A DNA stretch of 64,000 nucleotides from the NCBI GenBank assembly GCA_049890115.1, contig JBMHCC010000002.1, positions 4,789-68,788 of the forward strand. The letters run 5' to 3'. A program made the translations under genes and the position numbers. Under the pieces are notes generated by a model, which was not told the DNA's origin, made no database searches, and was given only the letters and a program-made list of their open reading frames with translations. Position 1 is the first letter of the stretch, and every line of letters starts with the position of its first letter. This stretch comes from Candidatus Puniceispirillaceae bacterium. GTDB lineage: Bacteria; Pseudomonadota; Alphaproteobacteria; Puniceispirillales; Puniceispirillaceae. This document shows, in pieces, positions 48,970 to 58,769 of the stretch.

Positions 48970-50298
48970 TTATTTTTTCGTGTTAAAATTCTTCGGCAAA
49001 TCCTGCCAGCAATCAACATAGTCATCTTGCAGAGGTGCTTGGTTGGCGGCAAAATCTGTGAGGTGCTGGGGAAAGCGTGTTTCAAACATAAATGACATCG
49101 TATCGGACAATTTATGTGGTGCAAGCTCTGCATTACTTGCTTTTTCAAAGGCATCCTTATCAGGACCATGTGGCAACATCATATTATGAAGTGATAAACC
49201 GCCAGGCACAAAGCCTGTTAATTTGGCATCATATTGGCCATGAATATTACCCATTAATTCTGACATGACATTTTTATGATACCAAGGGGGGCGGAAGGTG
49301 TCTTCAGCAACCATCCATCTATCACGGAATAGCACAAAATCAATATTCGCTGTGCCTTCTGTTCCTGATGGGGCTGTTAGGACTGTGAAAATAGATGGGT
49401 CTGGATGATCAAATAGCACCGCACCAACAGGGCAGAAATAACGCAAATCATATTTCACAGGCACATAATTGCCGTGCCATGCCACAACATCAAGCGGACT
49501 TTGGTCAATTTTGGATTTATGAAATTGCCCACACCATTTTATGATTAGCTCTGATGGCGTTTCACGATCTTCAAATGTTGCCACAGGTGTTTTGAAATCA
49601 CGCGCATTCGCAAGGCAATTCGCACCAATAGGACCGCGATAAGGCAAGGTGAATTTCTGACCATAATTCTCACAGATAAACCCTCTTGCTGGACCGTCTG
49701 TAACCTCAACACGATAGACCAATCCGCGCGGGATAATGGCAATTTCCTGAGGCGCAATATCAAGAATGCCTAGCTCTGTATGAAAGCGTAAACTGCCTTC
49801 TTGCGGAACAATTAGCAATTCTGAATCAGCTGAATAAAAATAGCTATCTTCCATGCTTTTTGTCACAAGATAAATATGAGCTGCCATGCCAGTTTGCGTG
49901 TTCACATCACCTGCTGTTGTCATGGTGTGGATGCCACCTACCCAATCTGTATCATCGGTGCTATGGGGTACAGGGTCCCAGCGATATTGACCAAGGCTGA
50001 TGATATCAGGGTCAATCAGAGGTGCTGATTTCCAATTTGGCACCGCTATTTTTTCAAATCGCCCAACATGTTTCACAGATGGTCTGATGCGATACACCCA
50101 TGTTCTTTCATTCTCTGCAACAGGTGCGGTAAAAGGTGTGCCAGATAATTGTTCACCATAAAGACCATAGGCGCATTTTTGGGGGCTATTCATGCCAACT
50201 GGTAATGCACCTTCCAAGGCTTCTGTCTCAAAATGATTGCCAAAACCAGATTGATAACCAGCATGGCCATGCTGTGCTGTGATAAGAGTGCGTGCCAT
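48970..50298 (-). CDS. hmgA: Homogentisate 1,2-dioxygenase
   Basis: 442 aa. [15 protein letters not shown]-terminus and [16 protein letters not shown] motif are typical of HmgA. Confidence 0.95.
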   Translation of the reverse strand: MARTLITAQHGHAGYQSGFGNHFETEALEGALPVGMNSPQKCAYGLYGEQLSGTPFTAPVAENERTWVYRIRPSVKHVGRFEKIAVPNWKSAPLIDPDIISLGQYRWDPVPHSTDDTDWVGGIHTMTTAGDVNTQTGMAAHIYLVTKSMEDSYFYSADSELLIVPQEGSLRFHTELGILDIAPQEIAIIPRGLVYRVEVTDGPARGFICENYGQKFTLPYRGPIGANCLANARDFKTPVATFEDRETPSELIIKWCGQFHKSKIDQSPLDVVAWHGNYVPVKYDLRYFCPVGAVLFDHPDPSIFTVLTAPSGTEGTANIDFVLFRDRWMVAEDTFRPPWYHKNVMSELMGNIHGQYDAKLTGFVPGGLSLHNMMLPHGPDKDAFEKASNAELAPHKLSDTMSFMFETRFPQHLTDFAANQAPLQDDYVDCWQDLPKNFNTKK

Positions 50299-50401
50299 AG
50301 CTATATGACCTTTTTGTTATTCATAGAGTTTGACAGATTATTAGTTGAAAATGTAACTATCAAGCATCAGATGATAGAAAAATGATAATGATTGTCAAAA
50401 A

Positions 50402-50827
50402 ATGGTCTTTAATAGTGAGCAATTTTTACCCTATTTATTAAACAGAGCTGCTGAACATGCCAGCAGGTCATTTCAATCTGTTTATAAGTCACGTTATGGG
50501 ATGTTGCGCACCGAATGGCGGGTATTATTTCATTTAGGGGTTTATGAACATCTAACCGCCAGTCAAATTTGCGAGATGGCAGGCCTGCATAAAACCAAGG
50601 TCAGCCGTGCTGTGGCAGCCTTGCAAGAAAAGCGCCTGATAACAAAGCGCATAGATGAAAATGACAGACGATTTGCCCCATTAATACTGACCGCCAAGGG
50701 GAAGACTGTCTTTGCTGATTTATCGCAGATGGCAGAAAAGATGCATCATGAATTAATGGCGGATTTCACCGAAGAAGAACAAGCCATTCTTTTAAAATGT
50801 CTCCATCAGTTGCGTGATGATAAATAA
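50402..50827 (+). CDS. MarR-family transcriptional regulator (divergent from hmgA)
   Basis: 141 aa. Winged-HTH region LTASQICEMAGLHKTKVSRAVAALQEKRLI..DRR. Confidence 0.85.
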   Translation: MVFNSEQFLPYLLNRAAEHASRSFQSVYKSRYGMLRTEWRVLFHLGVYEHLTASQICEMAGLHKTKVSRAVAALQEKRLITKRIDENDRRFAPLILTAKGKTVFADLSQMAEKMHHELMADFTEEEQAILLKCLHQLRDDK

Positions 50828-50850
50828 AAGCAGATGATCATGACAAAGAT

Positions 50851-52041
50851 TTAAGTTTTGTTTTGATGCACATTATTGGCAACTGGCAGACGCAATAACA
50901 GCGCAAATTGCAATAATGCCATCACCACAAAACCAGCAATGATAGGCAAAAATAAGCCATCATAAAGACCATAGAAAACGCTGCCTAAAAAAGGACCAAG
51001 AGCCATGCCAAAGCCGCGTGGGATCGTGATAAGACCTTTGGCTCTGCCATAGACATTGGCACTGAAATATAAATTGGTCACAAAGCCGAACATAATGGTG
51101 ATGATGCCATTGCCAATGCCGTATAGGATCATTGAAATAACGGCCAGAGCCGGATGCGGTATCATCGCAAGCAAGATGCCGCAAATGATAAGGCAAAAGG
51201 CGATAATACCAGTTATTCTGGCATCAATCTTATGGGCAAAACGCATTTCTATGACACGGCCAACCACTTGAAAAGGACCAAATAGGCTAGCTAGGATCAC
51301 GGCCAATGTCATATTGCCAAGAGAGGAAGAAAACCAGCTGATCCATAATAGGGTGACAGCTGAGAACGCCATATAGTAAATGGCGTTGGAGCCAGCAATT
51401 AACAGTAATGCGTTCTTTTCAATTTTGCTTAACAGGCCAAAGCTGAAATCTGTTTGCGTGGCAAGGCGGGCATGAAGCGGCTGAACGGAACCTGATAAAT
51501 ATAAAGCAATGCTGCCAAGACTTGCTAGGATAGCAGCTGCTGAAAGACAGGCTGTGATGAGGCCAAAATGGCTCAAAATAGGGCTGAAAATAAGCCAGAC
51601 CACTGTGCTGGCAACACCGCCATAAAAACTGATGACCGATATTAAATGGCGTGATCTTCTTTCATCTAGCTGCACCGCAATCGAAAATGCCACCTCATAA
51701 GTTGCTAAAGAAAAGCTGATGCCGATAATGCCAAGACATAAACATACCCACCAAAAAGACGGCACTATCCATAACGCACCAATGCCTATGCTACCAAGTA
51801 ACAGCCCTGTCCCCAAAACACGCAAGCCGCCAATCCTGTCAACAAATTGCCCGATGAGATAGGATAATATCGCCTGAATAAATAATAATGCGCTTATCGC
51901 TTTTAAAATTGTATCAGGTGAAACAGCCACATGTTGGGCAAGCGGCTCTTTTAAAATCGCAAAGACATAATATAACAGCCCATAGCTGAATATTTGGGTC
52001 AGTCCGAGGAAATGAATCGCTTTGGGAGAGGCTTTTTGCAT
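50851..52041 (-). CDS. MFS transporter (12 TM)
   Basis: 396 aa, hydrophobic throughout, with an MFS-like loop motif (GQFVDRIGGLRV). 37 nt downstream of the OM barrel gene. Confidence 0.8.
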   Translation of the reverse strand: MQKASPKAIHFLGLTQIFSYGLLYYVFAILKEPLAQHVAVSPDTILKAISALLFIQAILSYLIGQFVDRIGGLRVLGTGLLLGSIGIGALWIVPSFWWVCLCLGIIGISFSLATYEVAFSIAVQLDERRSRHLISVISFYGGVASTVVWLIFSPILSHFGLITACLSAAAILASLGSIALYLSGSVQPLHARLATQTDFSFGLLSKIEKNALLLIAGSNAIYYMAFSAVTLLWISWFSSSLGNMTLAVILASLFGPFQVVGRVIEMRFAHKIDARITGIIAFCLIICGILLAMIPHPALAVISMILYGIGNGIITIMFGFVTNLYFSANVYGRAKGLITIPRGFGMALGPFLGSVFYGLYDGLFLPIIAGFVVMALLQFALLLRLPVANNVHQNKT

Positions 52042-52078
52042 GTGGCAATCCTATGCCATCATGCCAGCGAAAGCGATA

Positions 52079-53266
52079 TTAAAAGCTATAACTCAGACTA
52101 ATTTCAGCATATTCTGCTTTTTCAAGCGCGCTATTATGGGTGTCTTTGGCAAGGCCAGTTGGCACAGAGGCTGCAGCACGAATGACAAGCCCATCTGATA
52201 GGCGTCTTTCAGCACTTAGCGAGGCTGATGTTGAGTGAAAGTGCAAATCACGACCAATAGTCATCAGATAGCTTGTATCATCCACATCATTCATCGTCAG
52301 ACGCACACCTGCAAAAACATCACGTTGAAAGCCATGATGGCTGTGCTTGCCTCTGCTATCATAGGCAAATTCACCAATGATGCCAGCATCAGCAGAGCTA
52401 TCAAAGACAGAGTAAAGCGTATATTCTAGCCCGCCTGTTGCCCCATAATAATCTTTAATAATCGTATTATTATCAGGCTGTCCTGTCCGATGTATCAGCT
52501 CAGCTTTGATAAGCCAGTCACCAGCAATATGTTGAATATCTGTGCCTGCTTGGGTGATTTTATGATAGGTGGGCGTCATCTGCATATCAGCGCCAACCGC
52601 CAAGCTTGGCTCTCTGCCTGTGCCATCAAAATAGGATAGGCCGATATCGGTATCGCCAACATAGCCTTCCCAACGAAGCGCCGCACTAAGGCAGTTTTTA
52701 CAACTATCCTCATCATATAAATTACGGCTATCAGCCACGGTCAAAGGCAGGTTTTCACGGCTTGATCGAAACGGATAACGATTTGGCACAAAGCGCGGCA
52801 TCATCAAGATTGTCAGCGCACCAGGCCCAACATCACCTGTGATGGTTGCCATCGGCATACCGCGCTTTTGTCCATGTTGCAGGCCAGCACGATAATCTTT
52901 GCTATTGATGATATCGCTAGGGTTAAAGACATCTGTCTTGCCCCAAAATACGATATCACTGCCAATCAAAAAGCTGTAATCACCGATGGTGGTGCGATAA
53001 TGACTATCCTGCCAGTCAATCTCAGCCTGATTGCCGCCAATCGCATTGATATGAGGGCGCAATGAAATACTGCTATCATCATGATAGATATCTAGCGATG
53101 GTTCAAAACGCAAAGCTGTGGTTGAACGTTGTTGATGAGCAGCAGGTGCCTGTTTGTTATAATGTGTTATCCCAGCTTCAATCTTGCCATATTGTTCACT
53201 TTCAAAGGCATTGGCAGTCGATAATAGAAGCCACAAACAAAATGCTGCATAACAGGCAATCCTCAT
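52079..53266 (-). CDS. Putative outer-membrane beta-barrel protein, family unknown
   Basis: Signal peptide (LLLSTANA/FE), alternating amphipathic strand pattern, and a C-terminal SLSYSF with terminal Phe. ATGA overlap with the upstream pump gene. Confidence 0.65.
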   Translation of the reverse strand: MRIACYAAFCLWLLLSTANAFESEQYGKIEAGITHYNKQAPAAHQQRSTTALRFEPSLDIYHDDSSISLRPHINAIGGNQAEIDWQDSHYRTTIGDYSFLIGSDIVFWGKTDVFNPSDIINSKDYRAGLQHGQKRGMPMATITGDVGPGALTILMMPRFVPNRYPFRSSRENLPLTVADSRNLYDEDSCKNCLSAALRWEGYVGDTDIGLSYFDGTGREPSLAVGADMQMTPTYHKITQAGTDIQHIAGDWLIKAELIHRTGQPDNNTIIKDYYGATGGLEYTLYSVFDSSADAGIIGEFAYDSRGKHSHHGFQRDVFAGVRLTMNDVDDTSYLMTIGRDLHFHSTSASLSAERRLSDGLVIRAAASVPTGLAKDTHNSALEKAEYAEISLSYSF

Positions 53267-56200
53267 TTACGTGCTGCCTTTGGCAAAGATTGTGGGCTGA
53301 AATCCTTTTCGCTCAAACCAACCTGAAACTGATAATTATCCCATTGTAATTTTGTTGATTTACCTGTTTGCAGATTCATCATTTCCATCACGCCAGCACG
53401 CCAAAATTTATCTAGATATTGTTGATATCCTGAAAAAGAGAGTGTTTTTTCAAGATCGCCTCTGCGATTATAATATTCGATTTTATGAACACGATATTCA
53501 GCATTATCAATATATGAGACGCGCTTTGAATAACCTGATTTTTTATTTTTAGGCTGACTTTCAACAACAAAACATGTCAGGCCATCAGCATTCGGGCATG
53601 GCTCATCACGCAGCCAAATATGAGTGTTATCTTCAACTTCTTCAGAGCCTAAATCTTCATAGCTAAATTCAGAGCTAACAAATTTGCCAGTGCGATTGGA
53701 TGATGAAATGCGTTTCACACGCTTCACAGCAGGCAAGAATAGCCATTGATCATCATCATTTGGTTCTAGGTTGGAATGCGTTAACATAGAAGTGCCTCTA
53801 ATATCGCGCGGTTTGGTAAAGATGATGATGCTTTTATCACCCATCTCACCAGCAGGCTGTTCCAGCGTCCGGCTAGTAAAGACACGGACAGATTCTTTGC
53901 CTGCTTTATTTTTCAATACCATTTGCCCTGAGACTTCAACATCACCAAAACCAGCATCGCGTGCGCTTTGCTCCTGTGCAATGGCAAGGCCTTTTGCCTC
54001 ATCAGCCAATGCCTTTGGGCCATAGATGCCACCTGCAGCTATCATCACCGCACCGATAATCATCGCTGTTGTTGCTGTTTTTAACGAAGAGATTTTATCT
54101 TTCATCTTATCCATCCAAATTAATAAGGGGGGCAAAAGTAGGAAATCAACCACCAGCGCAAATGCCAGCGTGATCGCTGTCAGACGTGCCAGGTCACGGT
54201 TCACGGCAAAACCAGACTGGCCTAATATGGCAAAACCAACCACAAGACCAACAGATGTAACGGTTAATGCCATACCAACTGATTTAAAGGCATAGCGAAC
54301 AGAATCTTCACCGCTGAGACCTTTTTTGCGGCCATTGGCATATTTCAGCATGAAGTGCACCGTATCATCGACCACAATACCAAGCGTCATTGCAACCACA
54401 ACAGATACAGCCAAAGTGATTGTGCCCATCATATAACCCCACAGGCCAAAAGCCATCAAAGCAGGGATCAAATTCGGCACAAGCGAAATCAGGCCAAGCT
54501 GAACATTGCGCAATACAAGTAAGATAATCGCTGAAATACCAACCAAGGCAAGCAGAGTGCCTTGCAGCATAGCTGGCACATCTCTGGCTGATATCATGGT
54601 ATAGACGATTGATTGCCCTGTGACAGGCGTTTTCAGCTCTGGTGCATTTTCATCAAACCAGCTCTGTACCCTGCCATCAAGGCTTAGCATATCAGCAGTT
54701 GTCACATTTGGCACATAGGCTGTAATTCTGATGGCTGAACGGTCAACATTAATCTGATCTGTTAGATCCATGCCATAGCCAAGTGAGAGTTCATATAAGA
54801 ACAAAAATTGCGAGGCTTCATCCTCACTAGCTGGCAGACGATAATAGCTAGTATCATCATTATTCATATTCTGATTAAGCCGCTTTAGCACATCTGTGAT
54901 AGAGCGCACATTACTCACCTCTGGCTGGGCACGAAGATAGGCTGTCAGCTCATTTGCCTTTGCCAGAAAATCAACATCATTAATGCCGCTTTCAATGCCT
55001 GTTTCCAGCGAATATTCCAGCACATTGAGACCGCCTAGATTATTTTCATAATAATCAGATGCCTGGCGAAATTCATAACGTTCGTCAAAATAGCGGATGA
55101 AATCATCTTCTAATTTGATTTGCGTCACACCAGCACCAAAGGCAATGACTAATAGCGGAATGCCAATTAAAAGCTGGCGTTGTCTGCGTATGACGAACTC
55201 ACCAAGTGCTACCATTATTTTATCAGTCAATGCTTGGCCTTTTGCCTTGCCAGCTGGCAGTAAACAAATCAAAGCTGGCAGCACAGCTAGGGTGAAAATC
55301 CAAACAGCTATCATGCCTGCTGCCACCATATTACCAAGCTGGCGGAAGGGCGGAGAAATTGAAAAATTCAAAGATAAAAAGCCAAGTGCCGTTGTCAGAC
55401 AGGCGACGGTGATGGCCAAGCCATGTTCAGAGATAGCTGTTCTGGCCCATATTTGTCTGTCTGATGTTGTGGTGCGTAATTGACGTGCGGCAGCTAGGAT
55501 GTGAACTGTGCTTGCAATGGTAAGTGTGATGATCATCAAAGGGGCAATGGCTGTCGCAGAATTAAGTGGTATTTTTGTCCAGCCTAGCGCGCCAAGAGAT
55601 ACCAAGGCTGCCAGAATAGCGATGAATAAAATTGATGCAACGCCAGATGCTGAACGCAGCAATAAGCCAACAACCAATAGCATCGCAATCAACATGGCAG
55701 GTGTTAGTGTCATGCCATCTTGCTGGCTTGAATTGGAAAATTGCGCGCCGATTGCAATACTGCCTGTCGAAGAAAAATCAATATCAGGATATTTTTCCCC
55801 AAAGGCATCTAGCATCGGTTCTACTTCTGCCATGACCTCTGGAATTTCATTTGCCAAATCAAGGCCTGGCAAGCGGAAAATCACGGTGACAGGTGATACA
55901 GATGTGTTGCTATCAATAAGCTGATTGACAATCTCAACACGTGATAAAGCGATTTCCTTAGCACGCTGTGCTTGCGCTTCAGTCACTGAATAGGGGTCAA
56001 CCACCAGATCTTCGACAATCATGAAATCGCCATCTGCATAGCTGTTTTGAAACCGTGTAATGGAATTGACCAGCCTAACATAGGGCAATGTCCACGCTTC
56101 CTCAGTTAGCTCATCAATCGCTTGTAATGTGCGTGGGGTGAAAATCTCACCATCTTTGGGGATGATCAGAATATTCAAGGTATCATCCTTGGCATATTCT

Positions 56201-56400
56201 GCTTCAAATCTATCCAGCAATATCTTGTCAGGATTTTTGTCATCCATAAAGACCCTGCCATCAGTATCAAGGGTCAGATTTGGAACACCAGCAATGACAA
56301 CACAAGCAGCCAGAATGAAAAAAATCGCTGCGCTATAACGCCATCTTACGATAAAATCAGCATAGCGCTCAAAAAATGATTTTTGTGTTGTTTGTGACAT
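53263..56400 (-). CDS. RND-superfamily (MMPL/HpnN-like predicted exporter) membrane protein fused through a 13th TM helix to a C-terminal LolA-like (outer-membrane lipoprotein-sorting-like) domain
   Basis: Two repeats of 1 TM + ~190-aa loop + 5 TM, with a GIVVDDTVHF motif in the second bundle. Then helix TATTAMIIGAVMIAAGGIYGP and a ~245-aa domain carrying QWLFLPAVKRVKRISSSNRTGKFVSSEFSYEDL. Start placed at ATG 56400 (GGAGGG RBS); the track ORF extends to 56481. Confidence 0.8.
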   Translation of the reverse strand: MSQTTQKSFFERYADFIVRWRYSAAIFFILAACVVIAGVPNLTLDTDGRVFMDDKNPDKILLDRFEAEYAKDDTLNILIIPKDGEIFTPRTLQAIDELTEEAWTLPYVRLVNSITRFQNSYADGDFMIVEDLVVDPYSVTEAQAQRAKEIALSRVEIVNQLIDSNTSVSPVTVIFRLPGLDLANEIPEVMAEVEPMLDAFGEKYPDIDFSSTGSIAIGAQFSNSSQQDGMTLTPAMLIAMLLVVGLLLRSASGVASILFIAILAALVSLGALGWTKIPLNSATAIAPLMIITLTIASTVHILAAARQLRTTTSDRQIWARTAISEHGLAITVACLTTALGFLSLNFSISPPFRQLGNMVAAGMIAVWIFTLAVLPALICLLPAGKAKGQALTDKIMVALGEFVIRRQRQLLIGIPLLVIAFGAGVTQIKLEDDFIRYFDERYEFRQASDYYENNLGGLNVLEYSLETGIESGINDVDFLAKANELTAYLRAQPEVSNVRSITDVLKRLNQNMNNDDTSYYRLPASEDEASQFLFLYELSLGYGMDLTDQINVDRSAIRITAYVPNVTTADMLSLDGRVQSWFDENAPELKTPVTGQSIVYTMISARDVPAMLQGTLLALVGISAIILLVLRNVQLGLISLVPNLIPALMAFGLWGYMMGTITLAVSVVVAMTLGIVVDDTVHFMLKYANGRKKGLSGEDSVRYAFKSVGMALTVTSVGLVVGFAILGQSGFAVNRDLARLTAITLAFALVVDFLLLPPLLIWMDKMKDKISSLKTATTAMIIGAVMIAAGGIYGPKALADEAKGLAIAQEQSARDAGFGDVEVSGQMVLKNKAGKESVRVFTSRTLEQPAGEMGDKSIIIFTKPRDIRGTSMLTHSNLEPNDDDQWLFLPAVKRVKRISSSNRTGKFVSSEFSYEDLGSEEVEDNTHIWLRDEPCPNADGLTCFVVESQPKNKKSGYSKRVSYIDNAEYRVHKIEYYNRRGDLEKTLSFSGYQQYLDKFWRAGVMEMMNLQTGKSTKLQWDNYQFQVGLSEKDFSPQSLPKAARK

Positions 56401-56580
56401 GCCAGCCCTCCAAAATTCTCTGAAATGATAATGCAGACCATTTCCCCGATTGATAACAGAGCCTGATATCACATTATTCATTATAACTAATATTATAGAG
56501 ATGCCTTATATACTAACAAAGCAATGCTATGGATGCATCAGCTAATCATAGTCTTTATGTTTTGTGATTGTGATGATGTG

Positions 56581-58203
56581 TTATGGCTGTGTTTGCAGAG
56601 ACTCTATCTGGCTTGTTAGCTCTTCGATAATAGGAGCATCATCAGGTAGTTTTTCCAGCAAATTATTCCAGAAATTAATAGCTGTTTTATTGTCGCCTGC
56701 CAGCTTGGCAAAATGCCCTGCAAAAAATAGATATTCCAGTCTTTCGGGATCTAGGCTAGCAATGCGTTCCAGGATACGTGCTGCTTCAGGCAGAAAATCA
56801 GCACCGCGGCCTGATGCTAATATCTGCTCAAGCGGGGCAAGCTGGCTCTTGATAGATTGGCTGTCAGCTTGTGCAGCACCGATAAGCGCTTTGATAAAAC
56901 CTACTTCATCACCAAGAACTTGCTTGGCACGGATAAGGCGTTGCCAGCCTGCCAGATCATCTGGATTATCTTTAAGCCTATCTTCTAATTGGCCAATCAT
57001 GGCAGCGATCATCTCATCTTGCTCATCTTGTGATAGGTCAGATGCATCAGCGATAATGCCTTCATCAAGAGCCGGCATATCAGCAATAGCAATCCCAGCC
57101 TTATCAGCAGCAAATTGAATGTTCTGGCGCACTAATGACACCCATGGTGCATCAGCATTTGATACTGCCAAGACCTGTTGCCATATAGTGATGGCTTGTT
57201 CAAATTGCTCATCCTGATAAGCAGCTAGGCCAAGCAAATATAATGCGCGTGGCTCTTGCGGATCTTGCGTTAGAATATCTTGGATGATGGTGCGCGCTGG
57301 CAAGGTGACAAGACCATCTGCTTGTCGTGCGAGCGCCTCTGCCATCATGGAGCGGATAGCTAGATTATTATCAGTTAGCGCTAACGCTTTTGTCAGTGCC
57401 TGTTGTTCAATCTCAAATTCATTCGCAGAAGCAGCTGCCATTGCCAATGATAATTGTGCTTCAACAGAAGAAGGATTATCTGATGCTGCCTGAATGGCTT
57501 GTGTTAATCGTGCTTTATCTTGGGTTTGTTGGCGTGCTATCTCAGCTGCTGCATTCTCTTTTTCAACCTGCCTTTGTGCAAGCGGCTGTGCTGTTAAATC
57601 AGGGCTGCCAAGCTGGCTGTAAATCACAAAGCTGACAGCGATAATAGCAGCAACACCACCAACCAGATAAAGCTGACTTATCTGAGCTGTCTTTTTGCTA
57701 ACAAATTGTGCTTCATCATTATTGTCATCATCTGTGATGGCAGGAATTTGTGATGCTGTCTCATCTGATAGCCCGCTATCATCATCATTATCATCATTAT
57801 TTTGACGCCGATAGATAACTAACAAAATAAGCCCGAAAGCTATGATAATGAAAGGCGTTGCCCATAGCGCATAGGTTTGTGTTGTGACCGGCGGATTGAG
57901 CAAAATATAGTCACCATAACGCTGGCGCAGAGCGTCTAAAATAGCATCATCATCATCGCCAGCGACGAGCAATTCACGTACCTGACGGCGCAAATCAACC
58001 GCTAGATCAGCATCTGAATCATCAATCGATTGGTTCTGACAAACAAGGCATCGCAACTGGGCAGATAAATCACGCGCCCTTTGTTCCAGCTGTGGGTCTG
58101 ATAATTGTTCTTCTGGACTGATCGCTGCAACAGGTGTGCTAATCGCTAGCGCAAGGCTAATAATGATACACCATCTGGCGATAATGTTCCCTTTAACCAT
58201 CAT
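56581..58203 (-). CDS. ccmH: Cytochrome c maturation protein, fused CcmH (LRCxxC thiol-disulfide module) and CcmI-like TPR domain
   Basis: Signal/TM segment, LRCLVCQNQSIDDS motif and a TM helix. An acidic linker (NNDDNDDDSG..DDDNNDE) and a second TM helix follow, then ~330 aa of TPR-like repeats. Confidence 0.85.
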   Translation of the reverse strand: MMVKGNIIARWCIIISLALAISTPVAAISPEEQLSDPQLEQRARDLSAQLRCLVCQNQSIDDSDADLAVDLRRQVRELLVAGDDDDAILDALRQRYGDYILLNPPVTTQTYALWATPFIIIAFGLILLVIYRRQNNDDNDDDSGLSDETASQIPAITDDDNNDEAQFVSKKTAQISQLYLVGGVAAIIAVSFVIYSQLGSPDLTAQPLAQRQVEKENAAAEIARQQTQDKARLTQAIQAASDNPSSVEAQLSLAMAAASANEFEIEQQALTKALALTDNNLAIRSMMAEALARQADGLVTLPARTIIQDILTQDPQEPRALYLLGLAAYQDEQFEQAITIWQQVLAVSNADAPWVSLVRQNIQFAADKAGIAIADMPALDEGIIADASDLSQDEQDEMIAAMIGQLEDRLKDNPDDLAGWQRLIRAKQVLGDEVGFIKALIGAAQADSQSIKSQLAPLEQILASGRGADFLPEAARILERIASLDPERLEYLFFAGHFAKLAGDNKTAINFWNNLLEKLPDDAPIIEELTSQIESLQTQP

Positions 58204-58754
58204 TTCAAATCCTGCAAAGCTGGCCTGATGATATCTGTTAACACCTCTTTAAAAATGGGGCCAGCATGCCGCACAATGATTGTGCCGTCACCATCAATGA
58301 CAAAGGTTTCAGGAACGCCATAAACACCCCATTCAATCGCTGTTCGGCCATCATAATCCATCCACAGAGCACTGTAGGGATTGCCAAATTGCTCTAGAAA
58401 CTGGCTGGTATCATCCAGCTTATCCTTGTAGGCAATGCCAATGATTGGCACATCTTCTGCTAATAGCGCAAGCGCAGGTGCTTCAGCTTTGCATGGCGCA
58501 CACCAGCTTGCCATAAAATTGACCAATATCGGCTGACCTTGGAATGCCTCAATGGTTTTGGCTAAGTCTGGCTGATAGGCAGTTGCTGGCAGAGCAGGTG
58601 CCTTTTGGCCAATCAAAACCGATGGCAGCTGTTCTTGATTGCGTGTGCCAGATAAATTGCCATAAAGCCCAATAGCTGAAATGATAGCGAGGCCTAAAAA
58701 TGCGATTATGGGCAAAATAAAGGGCAGTTTTTTCAAAAGTGATTTTTGTGCCAT
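58200..58754 (-). CDS. ccmG: Periplasmic thiol:disulfide oxidoreductase CcmG/DsbE
   Basis: 184 aa. N-terminal anchor, WCAPC active site and a GVYGVPETF motif. ATGA overlap with ccmH. Confidence 0.92.
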   Translation of the reverse strand: MAQKSLLKKLPFILPIIAFLGLAIISAIGLYGNLSGTRNQEQLPSVLIGQKAPALPATAYQPDLAKTIEAFQGQPILVNFMASWCAPCKAEAPALALLAEDVPIIGIAYKDKLDDTSQFLEQFGNPYSALWMDYDGRTAIEWGVYGVPETFVIDGDGTIIVRHAGPIFKEVLTDIIRPALQDLK

Positions 58755-58769
58755 GATGATAAAGCCTGT

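Noticed and set aside
50342-50359. Inverted repeat TAGTT-N8-AACTA in the hmgA/MarR divergent spacer as a MarR operator
   Set aside because: It has only 5-bp arms and does not extend in either direction. That is too weak to call without comparative data.
55097-57118. Several 128-184-aa plus-strand ORFs antisense to the RND-fusion gene and ccmH
   Set aside because: All lie fully inside well-supported minus-strand genes. They have low-complexity Ser/Ala/Arg-rich translations and no start context.
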